DNA from: a virus
Taxonomy: Duplodnaviria; Caudoviricetes
Strand: one strand, 5' to 3'
Length of the DNA: 36,718 nt
IMG/VR virus record: IMGVR_UViG_3300037419_000727
Coordinates: 1-36,718 of that record
The notes under the pieces are model-generated. The model was given only the letters and a program-made list of their open reading frames with translations. It was not told where the DNA came from and did not search any database. A program made the position numbers and the translations under genes. This document shows, one piece after another, positions 27,870-36,718 of the stretch (positions are counted from its first letter, which is position 1; every line of letters begins with the position of its first letter).

Positions 27870-29801
27870 ATGGCAAACCAACCTTTTCAATTCACCCCAG
27901 CACCTCATCAGTTTGAATATGACTTTGGTAGCCATGCTCCAAAACCGAAAGAGAATATTCTCCAACATTTCCTGCCATCCATAGGTGGCACAGGAGGTGG
28001 TGCTGCAGGAGCAGCTATTGGAACAGCTATAGCGCCAGGTGTCGGTACGCTTGTAGGTGCATTACTAGGTGGCGCTCTTGGTGGCGGTGCTGGTAAAGTC
28101 GCCGAAAATGCCTCCTCTCATCAGGCACTCGGTAACGGGGTACTTGGTGAAGCCGCTTTAAATGGCGTAATGAGCGCAGGCCCACTTCGATTACTGAAAT
28201 TCGGACAAGAGGCGGGGCTAGGACTAAAAGCCGGCGATGGTTTAGCAGAAGCCCTCAGTGGCGCAGGTACAAAAGCTGTTAACTCTAGCATTAGAGCAGG
28301 GGTAGGCAAATCACTCAATGCCACGAGTGACAACCTTGCTATTAAGAATTTCCGCCTAACACCGACCCAACTTAAGAACTTCAATAGTAAGTACGGCGAA
28401 GATGCCGCAGATGTCATTAAGCGCTACAGCTTGGTAGGTAAGGATGCAGGCCAGATTTCAGATCAAGTTATCAAACCACTACAAGACCAGTTTACCGAAG
28501 GCGTTGCTCAGATCCCATCTATCAATAAGCAGACGATTATTGATTCTCTGAAATCCAAAGCAGCAAGCCTTATAGACAGTCACGCACCAGATACTGTCAA
28601 TGTTGGCAAGCAACTTATGCAGGTTACAAAGGGACTCGATAAGAAACTCGGCGAATCTGTCTCGGGTAGTGATTTAAATGGTATCAAGAATGAATTTGAC
28701 AGTCTCGTTAACTACACCGAGAAAGCTGCTAATCCATCTAATTACAAAGTGAACAAGCAGGTTGCCGACGCACTACGATCGGTTATTCACAATGCCGGAG
28801 ATACTGCCGGAGTAACCGTTAATGGTACGACGCTTAAAAACGCGGGTATGGAACTTAGCAAACTGCGTCAACTGACTGATAACATCGCGAAACAATCTCA
28901 GCTCGGACGCGGTAGTCTCCCGATCAGCCTATCAACTGTTCCTGGGGCAATCGCAGGTGGCGCAGGAGCGGGGCCGCTCGGCGCAGTTGGTGGTATCGTT
29001 GGAAGCTCTGTAATAAACAGCAACGCCGGACGTACCGCTGTCGCTAAGGGTGCTGCGAAAGTGGGAGATAATTTACTCGCAAAAGGCGAGAAGTCAGCGA
29101 CTAAAGCATTCGGCCCTGTATCTATAGGTAAGCGGGTAGGTGCAGCGGGGCTTGTTGATGCAGGTATTAATTCGTCGAAAGACATGAGCCAAGCGAGCGC
29201 CGATCCATTTGCGGCTAAAGCTGATGAACTTAACGGTTCTGTCGCGAGTGATGGGTCTAATGGCGACATGAGCGGTACTGATGGTCAAGCCCAGCAGTCC
29301 GGCATGCAGCAACGTGAACTTGCCGCTATTCTGACCGACATACAAGCTACAGGCGGGAAGAACATTGACAAGATTCAAACTGTCTTTAGCTTACTTAACC
29401 CTCAGCCAAAACCCTTAAACTCTCAGCAACAGCAGCAGCAGAATAACGCGCTTTCGGGGCTATCAGATATTCAGAACATTCAGAACATGCTAGCTAAAGA
29501 CCCAAGTATTGCCGTGAAAGACTCTATCCCAGGCGGAAGTGTCGCCCACCGCTTAACGGGGACTACAGATTATGAAGCCGCTAAACAGAACGTCGTTGAT
29601 GTTATTTCTCGTCTTCGCTCAGGCGCAGCTATTACCGAAGGCGAAGCAAAACGCTACATGTCTCTCTTGCCACAAGCAGGAGACAGTGCTCAAAGCGCCA
29701 ATACGAAGTTAAGCCGTCTCGCTGAATTACTCAATGGGTTCGCAAGCCCACAACCAGCAAGCAATGGCGATCTCGCCAGTGTATTAAGTGAAATGCAGTA
29801 G
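27870..29801 (+). CDS. Putative large ejection protein
   Basis: Glycine-zipper hydrophobic segments, RLRSGAAITEGE motif. Confidence 0.6.
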   Translation: MANQPFQFTPAPHQFEYDFGSHAPKPKENILQHFLPSIGGTGGGAAGAAIGTAIAPGVGTLVGALLGGALGGGAGKVAENASSHQALGNGVLGEAALNGVMSAGPLRLLKFGQEAGLGLKAGDGLAEALSGAGTKAVNSSIRAGVGKSLNATSDNLAIKNFRLTPTQLKNFNSKYGEDAADVIKRYSLVGKDAGQISDQVIKPLQDQFTEGVAQIPSINKQTIIDSLKSKAASLIDSHAPDTVNVGKQLMQVTKGLDKKLGESVSGSDLNGIKNEFDSLVNYTEKAANPSNYKVNKQVADALRSVIHNAGDTAGVTVNGTTLKNAGMELSKLRQLTDNIAKQSQLGRGSLPISLSTVPGAIAGGAGAGPLGAVGGIVGSSVINSNAGRTAVAKGAAKVGDNLLAKGEKSATKAFGPVSIGKRVGAAGLVDAGINSSKDMSQASADPFAAKADELNGSVASDGSNGDMSGTDGQAQQSGMQQRELAAILTDIQATGGKNIDKIQTVFSLLNPQPKPLNSQQQQQQNNALSGLSDIQNIQNMLAKDPSIAVKDSIPGGSVAHRLTGTTDYEAAKQNVVDVISRLRSGAAITEGEAKRYMSLLPQAGDSAQSANTKLSRLAELLNGFASPQPASNGDLASVLSEMQ

Positions 29802-29870
29802 TTAATCGGCAAAGATTAAGACAAGCCCGACTATCGCGCCTATCAGTAAACCGCCTACTAATTCGATCAT
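29802..29870 (-). CDS. 22-aa hydrophobic peptide, leaderless
   Basis: MIELVGGLLIGAIVGLVLIFAD; TTGCAA-17-TAGTAT ends 7 nt before ATG. Confidence 0.55.
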   Translation of the reverse strand: MIELVGGLLIGAIVGLVLIFAD

Positions 29871-29909
29871 AGAGCTAATACTACCATACTTTAGCTATTA
29901 TTGCAACCC

Positions 29910-30284
29910 CTAATAACAATTTGTGGTTGTAGTGCCAGAAAAGGTATTAGAAGTACAGTGGAGGGGAGCGACGGCCTTGTACGAGTTTGCATTAACGTAT
30001 TTAATAGCCTCTGTTCTTAGATTGTTATACTGAGCTGCCAGATCATTATATTGCGTTTGCAGTTTCGTATAATCTTCTTCGCTGTGAGTGGAGAATATAT
30101 CCGTTGCGGGGTGAGCTAGATCATACGCCACGCCGTCTTTAAAGCCAACACCGTGACCCGAAGCGTAACCCTTTTTGTACCCGTTATGTTCGCCTAATCT
30201 ATAGAGTGATACACTGCCAAGCACCAGTATAGCGACGATCACAACGGATATAAGCTGCCAATTCGTGCTAAGAAATGCCTTCAT
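29910..30284 (-). CDS. Membrane-anchored protein (moron-like, possible superinfection exclusion)
   Basis: Minus strand (track label wrong); N-terminal TM, GYKKGYASG repeats, coiled coil; TTGCGT-17-TATTAT promoter. Confidence 0.7.
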   Translation of the reverse strand: MKAFLSTNWQLISVVIVAILVLGSVSLYRLGEHNGYKKGYASGHGVGFKDGVAYDLAHPATDIFSTHSEEDYTKLQTQYNDLAAQYNNLRTEAIKYVNANSYKAVAPLHCTSNTFSGTTTTNCY

Positions 30285-30336
30285 ATACCCGAATAATATG
30301 CCTATATTGTTCAAAACGCAAGCATGATAAGTTCAA

Positions 30337-30383
30337 AAATGGTATAATGTAAGTAATCGGGCGAGGTGGAGTATCCACCTTGG
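30337..30383 (+). promoter_or_regulatory. Late promoter/leader unit 6
   Basis: Identical to 23866-23912. Confidence 0.85.
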
Positions 30384-30880
30384 GACTTATCTCTATAACA
30401 AATGTCAGTGACGGCAACACCGCGACCGCTGCTGACGTCAACACGCCGTTAAATACAATTGTAACGGCTATTAATGGCAACCTCGATGCTAATAACCTAT
30501 CCAACAATGCCGTCTCGACGGCAAAGCTTCAAGATGCCGCCGTGACAGCTACTAAGCTTGGCTTAGCTCCTTCCACCTATACCAGTTCAGGCACCGGTGG
30601 AGGCACAGGGTATTACGTGAATCTTGGGGGCATAAAGATTTGCTGGGGAACAACTGGAACGCTCGGCCCAGCATCAGGATACACTACATGTACCATCAGC
30701 CTACCTACCGGTTTCTTCTCGGCTATTCAGTCATATAACGTTAGCTTATCATCAATTGCAACCACACAAGACCAAAGAATAACTGGCAATTCGGCACCCT
30801 CTACTTCTACTATTTCTTACTACTGGTATTCCTCCACACCTGCTACAAGTTCAGTTAGCTGGCTTGTCATCGGATCATGA
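30380..30880 (+). CDS. Short tail fibre-like protein
   Basis: AVSTAKLQDAAVTATKL repeat, NLGGIKICWG..WLVIG gp53-like tip. Confidence 0.65.
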   Translation: MGLISITNVSDGNTATAADVNTPLNTIVTAINGNLDANNLSNNAVSTAKLQDAAVTATKLGLAPSTYTSSGTGGGTGYYVNLGGIKICWGTTGTLGPASGYTTCTISLPTGFFSAIQSYNVSLSSIATTQDQRITGNSAPSTSTISYYWYSSTPATSSVSWLVIGS

Positions 30881-30881
30881 C

Positions 30882-31118
30882 ATGGCAACTAAATCAGAAA
30901 ATGCGGATATAGCAGTGCTACAGACACAAATGGCAAACGTTGAGGCCGCTGTTAGGCGAATAGAAACGAAGATTGATAACCAGTCAAACGCCTATGTAAC
31001 TCACTCAGAATTTGACTCATATAAGAAAAGCCAGACCTGGCAGAAGGTATCACTTGGCATAGCCTCTGTGATTATCGGCGCATTGGTAACATATTTCTTT
31101 TCAACCGTAGGCAAGTAA
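30882..31118 (+). CDS. Coiled-coil plus C-terminal TM lysis-associated protein
   Basis: IAVLQTQM..IETKID, TM tail; precedes the endolysin. Confidence 0.65.
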   Translation: MATKSENADIAVLQTQMANVEAAVRRIETKIDNQSNAYVTHSEFDSYKKSQTWQKVSLGIASVIIGALVTYFFSTVGK

Positions 31119-31726
31119 TGAGAGCACCGTCATCAAACCCAATTACTCTCAAATTCGGGGCTACAACTGACCCCTATACTCCTTCGAGTCCACATAAGGG
31201 GACTGATTTCTCGTATCAGCCTGACAGCACAATCTATGCCCCTTTCAGTGGCGTTGTCCAACTCGTCCCAAACAACGGTAACGATGGGAATGGGGTATAT
31301 ATGACGTCCGGAAACCAGTTCCACGGCATGTTACATACCTCTAAATATCTAGTCCCAAACGGTGCCAGCGTTACGGAAGGCCAACCAATCGCCATTATGG
31401 GTGACACCGGCTATGCCTTTGGCGTTCATCTTCATTGGTGCGTCAAGTTAAACGGAGTGTTTATAGACCCTATGAGTTTAGTAACTGAAAAAGGAGAGGA
31501 TATGAACGTATCACGGGAAGAAGTAATAGAAATGTATAAACTGGCCGTCCCCGGTCAAGGCGTCAACGATGACTTCGTGAAAGTTTACACAGGGAAGCCC
31601 CTCGATGACGTGATTCATGCACTTCGTGACGACCCAAGCATAAACGGTTATCGTGACAAGCTGTTGGCTGCCGGCCAGCCTATTGACGTAACAATTAACG
31701 GGACGAAGTTCGTACCGAGCAAGTAA
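31118..31726 (+). CDS. M23 peptidase endolysin
   Basis: HKGTD, MGDTG..GVHLH. Confidence 0.92.
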   Translation: MRAPSSNPITLKFGATTDPYTPSSPHKGTDFSYQPDSTIYAPFSGVVQLVPNNGNDGNGVYMTSGNQFHGMLHTSKYLVPNGASVTEGQPIAIMGDTGYAFGVHLHWCVKLNGVFIDPMSLVTEKGEDMNVSREEVIEMYKLAVPGQGVNDDFVKVYTGKPLDDVIHALRDDPSINGYRDKLLAAGQPIDVTINGTKFVPSK

Positions 31727-31736
31727 GGAGTAATCA

Positions 31737-31940
31737 ATGAAACTTAAAGCTTTTTTAGTAACCCAGTTACAGCGCCCTTTAGTAGCGCGAGCCTTGCATA
31801 CCTTCATACAGGCTTTCTTGGCCGTATGGCTTGTGAACGGGATGTCACTCGACAAGGTAACGCTCACCGCTGGCGTTGCTGCGGGCATATCCGCCCTTAA
31901 GACGCTACTCGTTACCTACTTAGAGGGACGGGAAGGCTAA
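31737..31940 (+). CDS. Holin (putative)
   Basis: RALHTFIQAFLA..AAGISALK, two TMs. Confidence 0.75.
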   Translation: MKLKAFLVTQLQRPLVARALHTFIQAFLAVWLVNGMSLDKVTLTAGVAAGISALKTLLVTYLEGREG

Positions 31941-31944
31941 TCAA

Positions 31945-32340
31945 GTGGCGTGTTCTGAGTCATACGACCAGAACCTTCACCACACGTTTTACCATCGCCG
32001 CGTCTACCGTGAGGCAATGGAGAAGCGCTTTCGTAACAATAGGGGGTTAATCATAAAAATGGATGTACAAGCGCACCGTGACTTACACCATGAACTGTTT
32101 TACGGGCCACCAAAACCGACCCGTAGCCAGATGCACGAACTGGTAGACATTTTAGACAGTACACCACGCGAACAACGCCTTGGTACCTGGGGCATAGAAG
32201 CTGCCATTCAATACTTCTATGAGCAAGCTGAAACACACACCTCACCACGAATAGCCGGGCGTTCTGAACGTATCGGTAATCACTTAACTAAGCAGCTAGG
32301 ATTTATAGCTGTAGAGGGTATCCATGAACAAGCAGCCTAA
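31945..32340 (+). CDS. Hypothetical protein (His-rich, HNH-like)
   Basis: NLHH..AHRDLHH. Confidence 0.5.
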   Translation: MACSESYDQNLHHTFYHRRVYREAMEKRFRNNRGLIIKMDVQAHRDLHHELFYGPPKPTRSQMHELVDILDSTPREQRLGTWGIEAAIQYFYEQAETHTSPRIAGRSERIGNHLTKQLGFIAVEGIHEQAA

Positions 32341-33415
32341 AGGTTACAGTAGCGACGAGTATATAGCCGACTTATTCAGTCTTGATTTAGACGAGCTACA
32401 AGAGAAATACATGAAGCCGAAAGACATGCGGAGTCTTCTCGCCCTGCGTAGGTATTATGCGAAGAAACAAGCACCGGCGCAGGTTCTACAGGAAACACTA
32501 GAAGAGCAGTTTATTACTAAAGCTCGCCCGACTGTTATACGCGCTAGTAAAGTCAAGAAGCCAATACGAACCGATAAGCTCACAATCTGTTTAGGTGACG
32601 CACAAATCGGTTATCGAGGCGACGAGCCATTCCATGATGAAGCTGCTCTAGCAATGGCCCAAGTTGCCATAAGGGTACTTCAGCCGGACAACATAGTGTT
32701 TACAGGCGACATGATAGACCTACCTGCAATGTCAAAGTATGAACAACGTAGGGACTGGGCCGACACCACCCAACGGGCCATCGACCGTTACCACGCATTC
32801 TTAGCGCAAACCAGGGCCAACGCCCCTCATGCAGAGATAGTCGTCGTTCACGGCAATCATGAAGCTCGGCTAGACACGTTCATTCGCCGGGATGCCTCCG
32901 TATTACTTGGTATCCGACGAGCTAATGCTGAACGCGAATTATCTGTCTTAAACCTGCAGTATCTTACCCGCTACGACGAACTAGATGTACAGTCGGTTGA
33001 CGGCTATCCCAACGCTGCATACTGGCTCGAAGACAACTTGAAAGTTACCCATGGCACGAATGTTGCAAAGGGAGGCTCAAACGCCGCTAAGTACCTCAGA
33101 GAAGAATCTGAATCAGTTATTTACGGCCACACCCACCGCATGGAAGTAGCTTACCGGACACTGGCAACTCGAAACGGCCAACGCACCATCGCAGCTTCGA
33201 GTCCTGGCTGCCTAGCGCGGACAGATGGCTTTGTACCAGGCTTCAATTACTCAGTAGATAACCAGGGCCGGACAGTACCAAAAGCCGAAGACTGGCAACA
33301 AGGCTTACTGATAATTCACCACAACCCAACGTCCCACGATATACAACCCGTTCGTATCACAGAACACGGTATGCGTTTAGGCGATAAGTTCTACCCAAGG
33401 AGTGATTATGTCTGA
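32324..33415 (+). CDS. Calcineurin-like metallophosphoesterase
   Basis: GDAQ, GDMID, GNHE, THG, GHTH. Confidence 0.92.
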   Translation: MNKQPKGYSSDEYIADLFSLDLDELQEKYMKPKDMRSLLALRRYYAKKQAPAQVLQETLEEQFITKARPTVIRASKVKKPIRTDKLTICLGDAQIGYRGDEPFHDEAALAMAQVAIRVLQPDNIVFTGDMIDLPAMSKYEQRRDWADTTQRAIDRYHAFLAQTRANAPHAEIVVVHGNHEARLDTFIRRDASVLLGIRRANAERELSVLNLQYLTRYDELDVQSVDGYPNAAYWLEDNLKVTHGTNVAKGGSNAAKYLREESESVIYGHTHRMEVAYRTLATRNGQRTIAASSPGCLARTDGFVPGFNYSVDNQGRTVPKAEDWQQGLLIIHHNPTSHDIQPVRITEHGMRLGDKFYPRSDYV

Positions 33416-33737
33416 GCCACGCATTAAATTCACCTTCGGCGGTCAGGAACTCGAAGGCACGAGAGAAAACACCTATTTATACACGTTTATGGGTGAGCTC
33501 GCTTGTTACGACCATATCTTCCTCGTCACGACTGAAGACGATGGTTCAAATTCCGGTCATTACTTATGGAACTCTAACTCTACCTTTAATGAAGTAGCAG
33601 AGTACATGCTCGATAAGGAATTCACCGTACACCTAAATCTTCCGAACATCTCAGACATGGATAGGGAAGTGTTCGAGAGTTTTCACTATAAAGATATAAG
33701 AAACACGGATAGCTTTCCGGAGGGATGGACAAAGTAA
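33408..33737 (+). CDS. Hypothetical protein
   Basis: AAGGAG RBS, coupled to the previous gene. Confidence 0.7.
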   Translation: MSEPRIKFTFGGQELEGTRENTYLYTFMGELACYDHIFLVTTEDDGSNSGHYLWNSNSTFNEVAEYMLDKEFTVHLNLPNISDMDREVFESFHYKDIRNTDSFPEGWTK

Positions 33738-33976
33738 TGGAACAACTACAACCAGACGAATCAGTTATAGACCTAGCAGAACGGAGAAACGCCGGGCTTC
33801 TTATTACGCTCTGGATGGTTCGTACAAACCCTGAGCAATTCTTTGTTACTGTTCAGGATAACTCAGGCCCGAACTTTGCTCACGACATCACGGAAGGGCA
33901 AGACCCATGGTATGAGTTTCAGCACGTTATGAGCCGTTCACCACAGGAAACTAAACTGAGGAACGTTTATGCCTGA
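33725..33976 (+). CDS. Hypothetical protein
   Basis: Overlapping ORF with GGAGGG RBS. Confidence 0.65.
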   Translation: MDKVMEQLQPDESVIDLAERRNAGLLITLWMVRTNPEQFFVTVQDNSGPNFAHDITEGQDPWYEFQHVMSRSPQETKLRNVYA

Positions 33977-34086
33977 GAATGAGCCGGCAAAGGAGCCCGA
34001 TCGTGAGTTTGTCTATCCAATAATCATACTACCCCGGCTTATTGAAGATCACGACGTCTTCATTGAAGGGTTAACAGGAATATTTA

Positions 34087-34329
34087 ATGAGGAGTAATTA
34101 TGAAACACACAACCAAACACACGTTGGAACATTGGGTTGGGCTTGTCTTGCTGGTGCTGTCCTGTTGTGGGACGTATGCGCGGAAGAAACTTTGTCGCAC
34201 GCTTTCGGTCGATACCTGGACAATGATCGGACTCGGCCTGTTGCTCTTGGCGTTTTGGCTGTTACTGGCGCGCACCTCCTACGCCTTATTCCTGAAGATA
34301 TTGACCCGTTCCGTATGATAGATCGCTAG
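34087..34329 (+). CDS. Small membrane protein
   Basis: GWACLAGAVLLWD..ETLS..HLL..IDP, two TMs. Confidence 0.65.
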   Translation: MRSNYETHNQTHVGTLGWACLAGAVLLWDVCAEETLSHAFGRYLDNDRTRPVALGVLAVTGAHLLRLIPEDIDPFRMIDR

Positions 34330-34510
34330 CACCTTTACAATTCGTTACTCCTGCTTAACTCGTGGCCTTCGTACCTTACAATATCCTTCTATTTTGTCGA
34401 TTCTTTCTGAGTCTTAAAACAAACAAGACCTCTTAAACATTTAGCAAAGGTTGAATATGTTGAGCAGGGTTAACGGGTTGCAAAATCCGTAATTTTTGTT
34501 ATACTAGAGG

Positions 34511-34590
34511 TACGAATCGCTGCTCATGGCCCTCACTAGAGGTCTATGAGTTCATGGCAAGACCTCTGGAAACAGGGGTCTTTCTTGTTT
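34511..34590 (+). ncRNA. Candidate ~80-nt sRNA
   Basis: TTGCAA-16-TATACT promoter, one hairpin, terminator AAGACCTCTG-GAAA-CAGGGGTCTT plus T-rich tail. Confidence 0.6.
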
Positions 34591-34644
34591 CTGGAGAAAT
34601 CTTGTCAAGCACTTTTTATCACCTTTAGTATTTGAGCAATATAG

Positions 34645-35350
34645 GGACGGGCTATGACGAACCGAAAGCCATCCAGACCGGATGCGCGGCGTAACGCCCC
34701 TGAGAGTGCAATCTCTCGAAGTAGGAATACATTACGAACACCACAGTAGCTCAGTGGTCACAAGACGGTACAAGGCTAGCCGTATGGCCTGTTATACGGA
34801 CTGGTGGCGTGATGACGCTAAAACTACCGAGGGTTTAATAGGTAGTTATAGGAGTAAATAATTAACAATTTACCTTATACCCTTGCTATTTAACAAAATA
34901 AGTTGGTATAAAGCAGATAACAGCGATAGTAAGTGAATGGTGCTCGGCTACAACGTCGAGCGGTGGAAAATAGTCCACGATAAGCTTACTGTCGTTAGCT
35001 GGTAGCTGTCTTCTTGGAGGGATATGGCATTACGTCCGGTTCTCTCCGGGAGAGACTACCAGCGCTGTTTGGCCGGTAAGAGATTGCCGGTCATACAGTC
35101 TGCTTTATACGTTGCCTATATATAAGCTGAGTCACTACGTAGTACATTCGTATACGTAAGGAAGTTTACTAAATATAAGGCGACCCAACTTCTAGCACTG
35201 CTAACGTGATGAAACCCATCATGTCATCCAGCGCGTTTGTTAGGTAGCCTCACCCGAAGGGAAGAAAACAGAGAGGCTTATTTGTCATGGAGAAAAACTT
35301 AAGTCTCCATCATATCACAGTAAGCCTGTGGCTAGATATGAACATAAATA
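34645..35350 (+). ncRNA. Large structured non-coding region
   Basis: No ORF of 60 aa or more; many G-U-containing helices, incl. closed domain 34906-35110. Confidence 0.6.
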
Positions 35351-35682
35351 CAATATCCAAACGTCAGTATTGGGCGTATATATAAGGATGTAAGACAGGA
35401 GGATATTGCAGGAATAGTGACCGGAGCACCGCACCTTATGAGGCCAAGACTCCCTACGTTATTAATGTAATGTACTTCTCTAAAATACAAACCTTAAATA
35501 AATCTATTGCAATCAATTACTACAAGCGCGATAATATATGGGCAACGGTAGCCCGTCTCGTAGGTTCTGACAAAGCGGAACAATGCAAGCGGCAACTACT
35601 AGACTCTCAAGCAGGGAGAAGTCCGGCCTAATAAGGTCTGTACCCTATCGCTACATTCAGTTAAACCAGAAAGGACTAGGCT

Positions 35683-36573
35683 ATGCTAGATAGTCTCATT
35701 GATGAGTTTGTCGCGTACCTTGCGAACGTCAAGAACTACTCCCCCCGAACATTACCAAGTTATAGATCATCACTTCACAGATTCTTTAGAGAAGCAGAGA
35801 TCACAGACATAAATCAAATAACGCCGCAAAAGGTCGAGAAATACCTAGAAGATCGGAAGTCCCAGGGTATCTCCCAAAACACTAATGCGACGTTTATGAA
35901 CGCTCTACGCGCCCTCTTAATCTTCTCAAATAAACGGGGTTATGCAAACCACCAAATAGAGATGTTTGAAGTGCCTCGACGCAAGCGAACAAGAATCGAA
36001 TTCGTAACACCCGAAGAAGTTAGTGCCATGGTCGATACGTTGAAGCGGGAACGTGACCGCCTCATGTTACTAGTACTGTTTACGTCAGGCTGCCGCGTGT
36101 CGGAACTCATCCAGATAACTATGGAAAACTTACAGGGCAACCGCTTTAGTATTATGGCGAAAGGTGGCAAACCCCATGTCTACTATTTCGATCTCGCCGT
36201 GGCCGAGCGATTAAACATGTACCTCATGATGGAAGGCATAACACAAGGGCCGATCTTCACCACTACGACAGGCAAGCCCGTTGGCACGCCCTGCATAACG
36301 CACATAGTGAGGAAAGCCGCAAAGGACGCGAACATCACTCACCACGTTCACCCGCACCAATTTAGGCACGGTTTCGCCACGTCCGCACTAGAGGCAGGCG
36401 CAGACATCAGAACTATTCAGGAAATGATGGGCCATGAAAACATCCAAACCACCATCCGCTACACCCACGTGACCGATAATAGAATGAAAGAAACCCATAA
36501 TCGTTTCGCCCCCAAAGTTCAAACAGTGGACTATTTAACTCGCCTTCAACAGATGAGACAGTTCCAGGCTTGA
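35683..36573 (+). CDS. Tyrosine recombinase/integrase (XerC/D-like)
   Basis: SAM-like N-domain, SGCRVSEL, KGGK, HPHQFRH, MGH..TTIRY. Confidence 0.96.
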   Translation: MLDSLIDEFVAYLANVKNYSPRTLPSYRSSLHRFFREAEITDINQITPQKVEKYLEDRKSQGISQNTNATFMNALRALLIFSNKRGYANHQIEMFEVPRRKRTRIEFVTPEEVSAMVDTLKRERDRLMLLVLFTSGCRVSELIQITMENLQGNRFSIMAKGGKPHVYYFDLAVAERLNMYLMMEGITQGPIFTTTTGKPVGTPCITHIVRKAAKDANITHHVHPHQFRHGFATSALEAGADIRTIQEMMGHENIQTTIRYTHVTDNRMKETHNRFAPKVQTVDYLTRLQQMRQFQA

Positions 36574-36718
36574 TTAAAATAAGCATTTTGGTATTGTCAA
36601 AACGCTTCGGTTGTGCTAATATTGAGGGTAATGAGATCGTAAGCGTCGATTCTCAAAGATATTTAACAAAATGTATTTAGCGAGACACAACTGACAATTA
36701 AGTCATTATGTCAATACT

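Noticed and set aside
29910-32248. Track ORFs 29910, 30268, 31511 and 32051 labelled +
   Set aside because: Their translations match the reverse complement; only 29910 looks real, the rest are shadows of plus-strand genes
25034-32532. CGCCCG/CTCGCCC matches inside genes (~25034, 32440, 32523)
   Set aside because: Coding context with no enclosing stem-loop seen; may be chance
34740-34810. tRNA-like GTAGCTCAGTGGT
   Set aside because: No T-loop GTTC, anticodon arm or acceptor stem
36592-36718. Biological terminal repeat
   Set aside because: 127 nt equals a common assembler k-mer; most likely a circular overlap
1-36718. CRISPR array, DGR/retron, stop-codon reassignment
   Set aside because: No spaced repeats and no reverse transcriptase; genes are intact in code 11

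Overview
The window is a complete, probably temperate, podovirus-like dsDNA phage genome of about 36,591 bp. Bases 1-127 are repeated exactly at 36592-36718, which indicates a circular assembly overlap. Gene order: secreted lytic-transglycosylase-like protein; Rad52-like annealing protein, SSB, HTH, HNH, YopX and many tiny early ORFs; terS/terL; portal; scaffold; major capsid; a six-gene glycosyltransferase/methyltransferase/epimerase block; tail and ejection proteins; M23 endolysin and holin; metallophosphoesterase; a 1.35-kb structured non-coding region; tyrosine recombinase. The host is unproven. Gene content and the lack of spanins suggest a monoderm, possibly Saccharibacteria/CPR (inference only). 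The most striking unexplained signal is a repeated late-gene control architecture. Six extended -10 promoters (TGnTATAAT) are each followed 9 or 12 nt later by a CGGGCGAGG-type motif. In the four best cases the motif opens a hairpin that base-pairs the TTG/GTG start codon. Two intergenic stem-loops of matching architecture, placed right after stop codons, display the complementary CUCGCCC single-stranded. This looks like a natural toehold-switch or kissing-loop system (hypothesis). Several other unannotated structured RNAs are present. No replication protein or repressor is recognisable. Four ORF-track entries labelled + (29910, 30268, 31511, 32051) are really on the minus strand.
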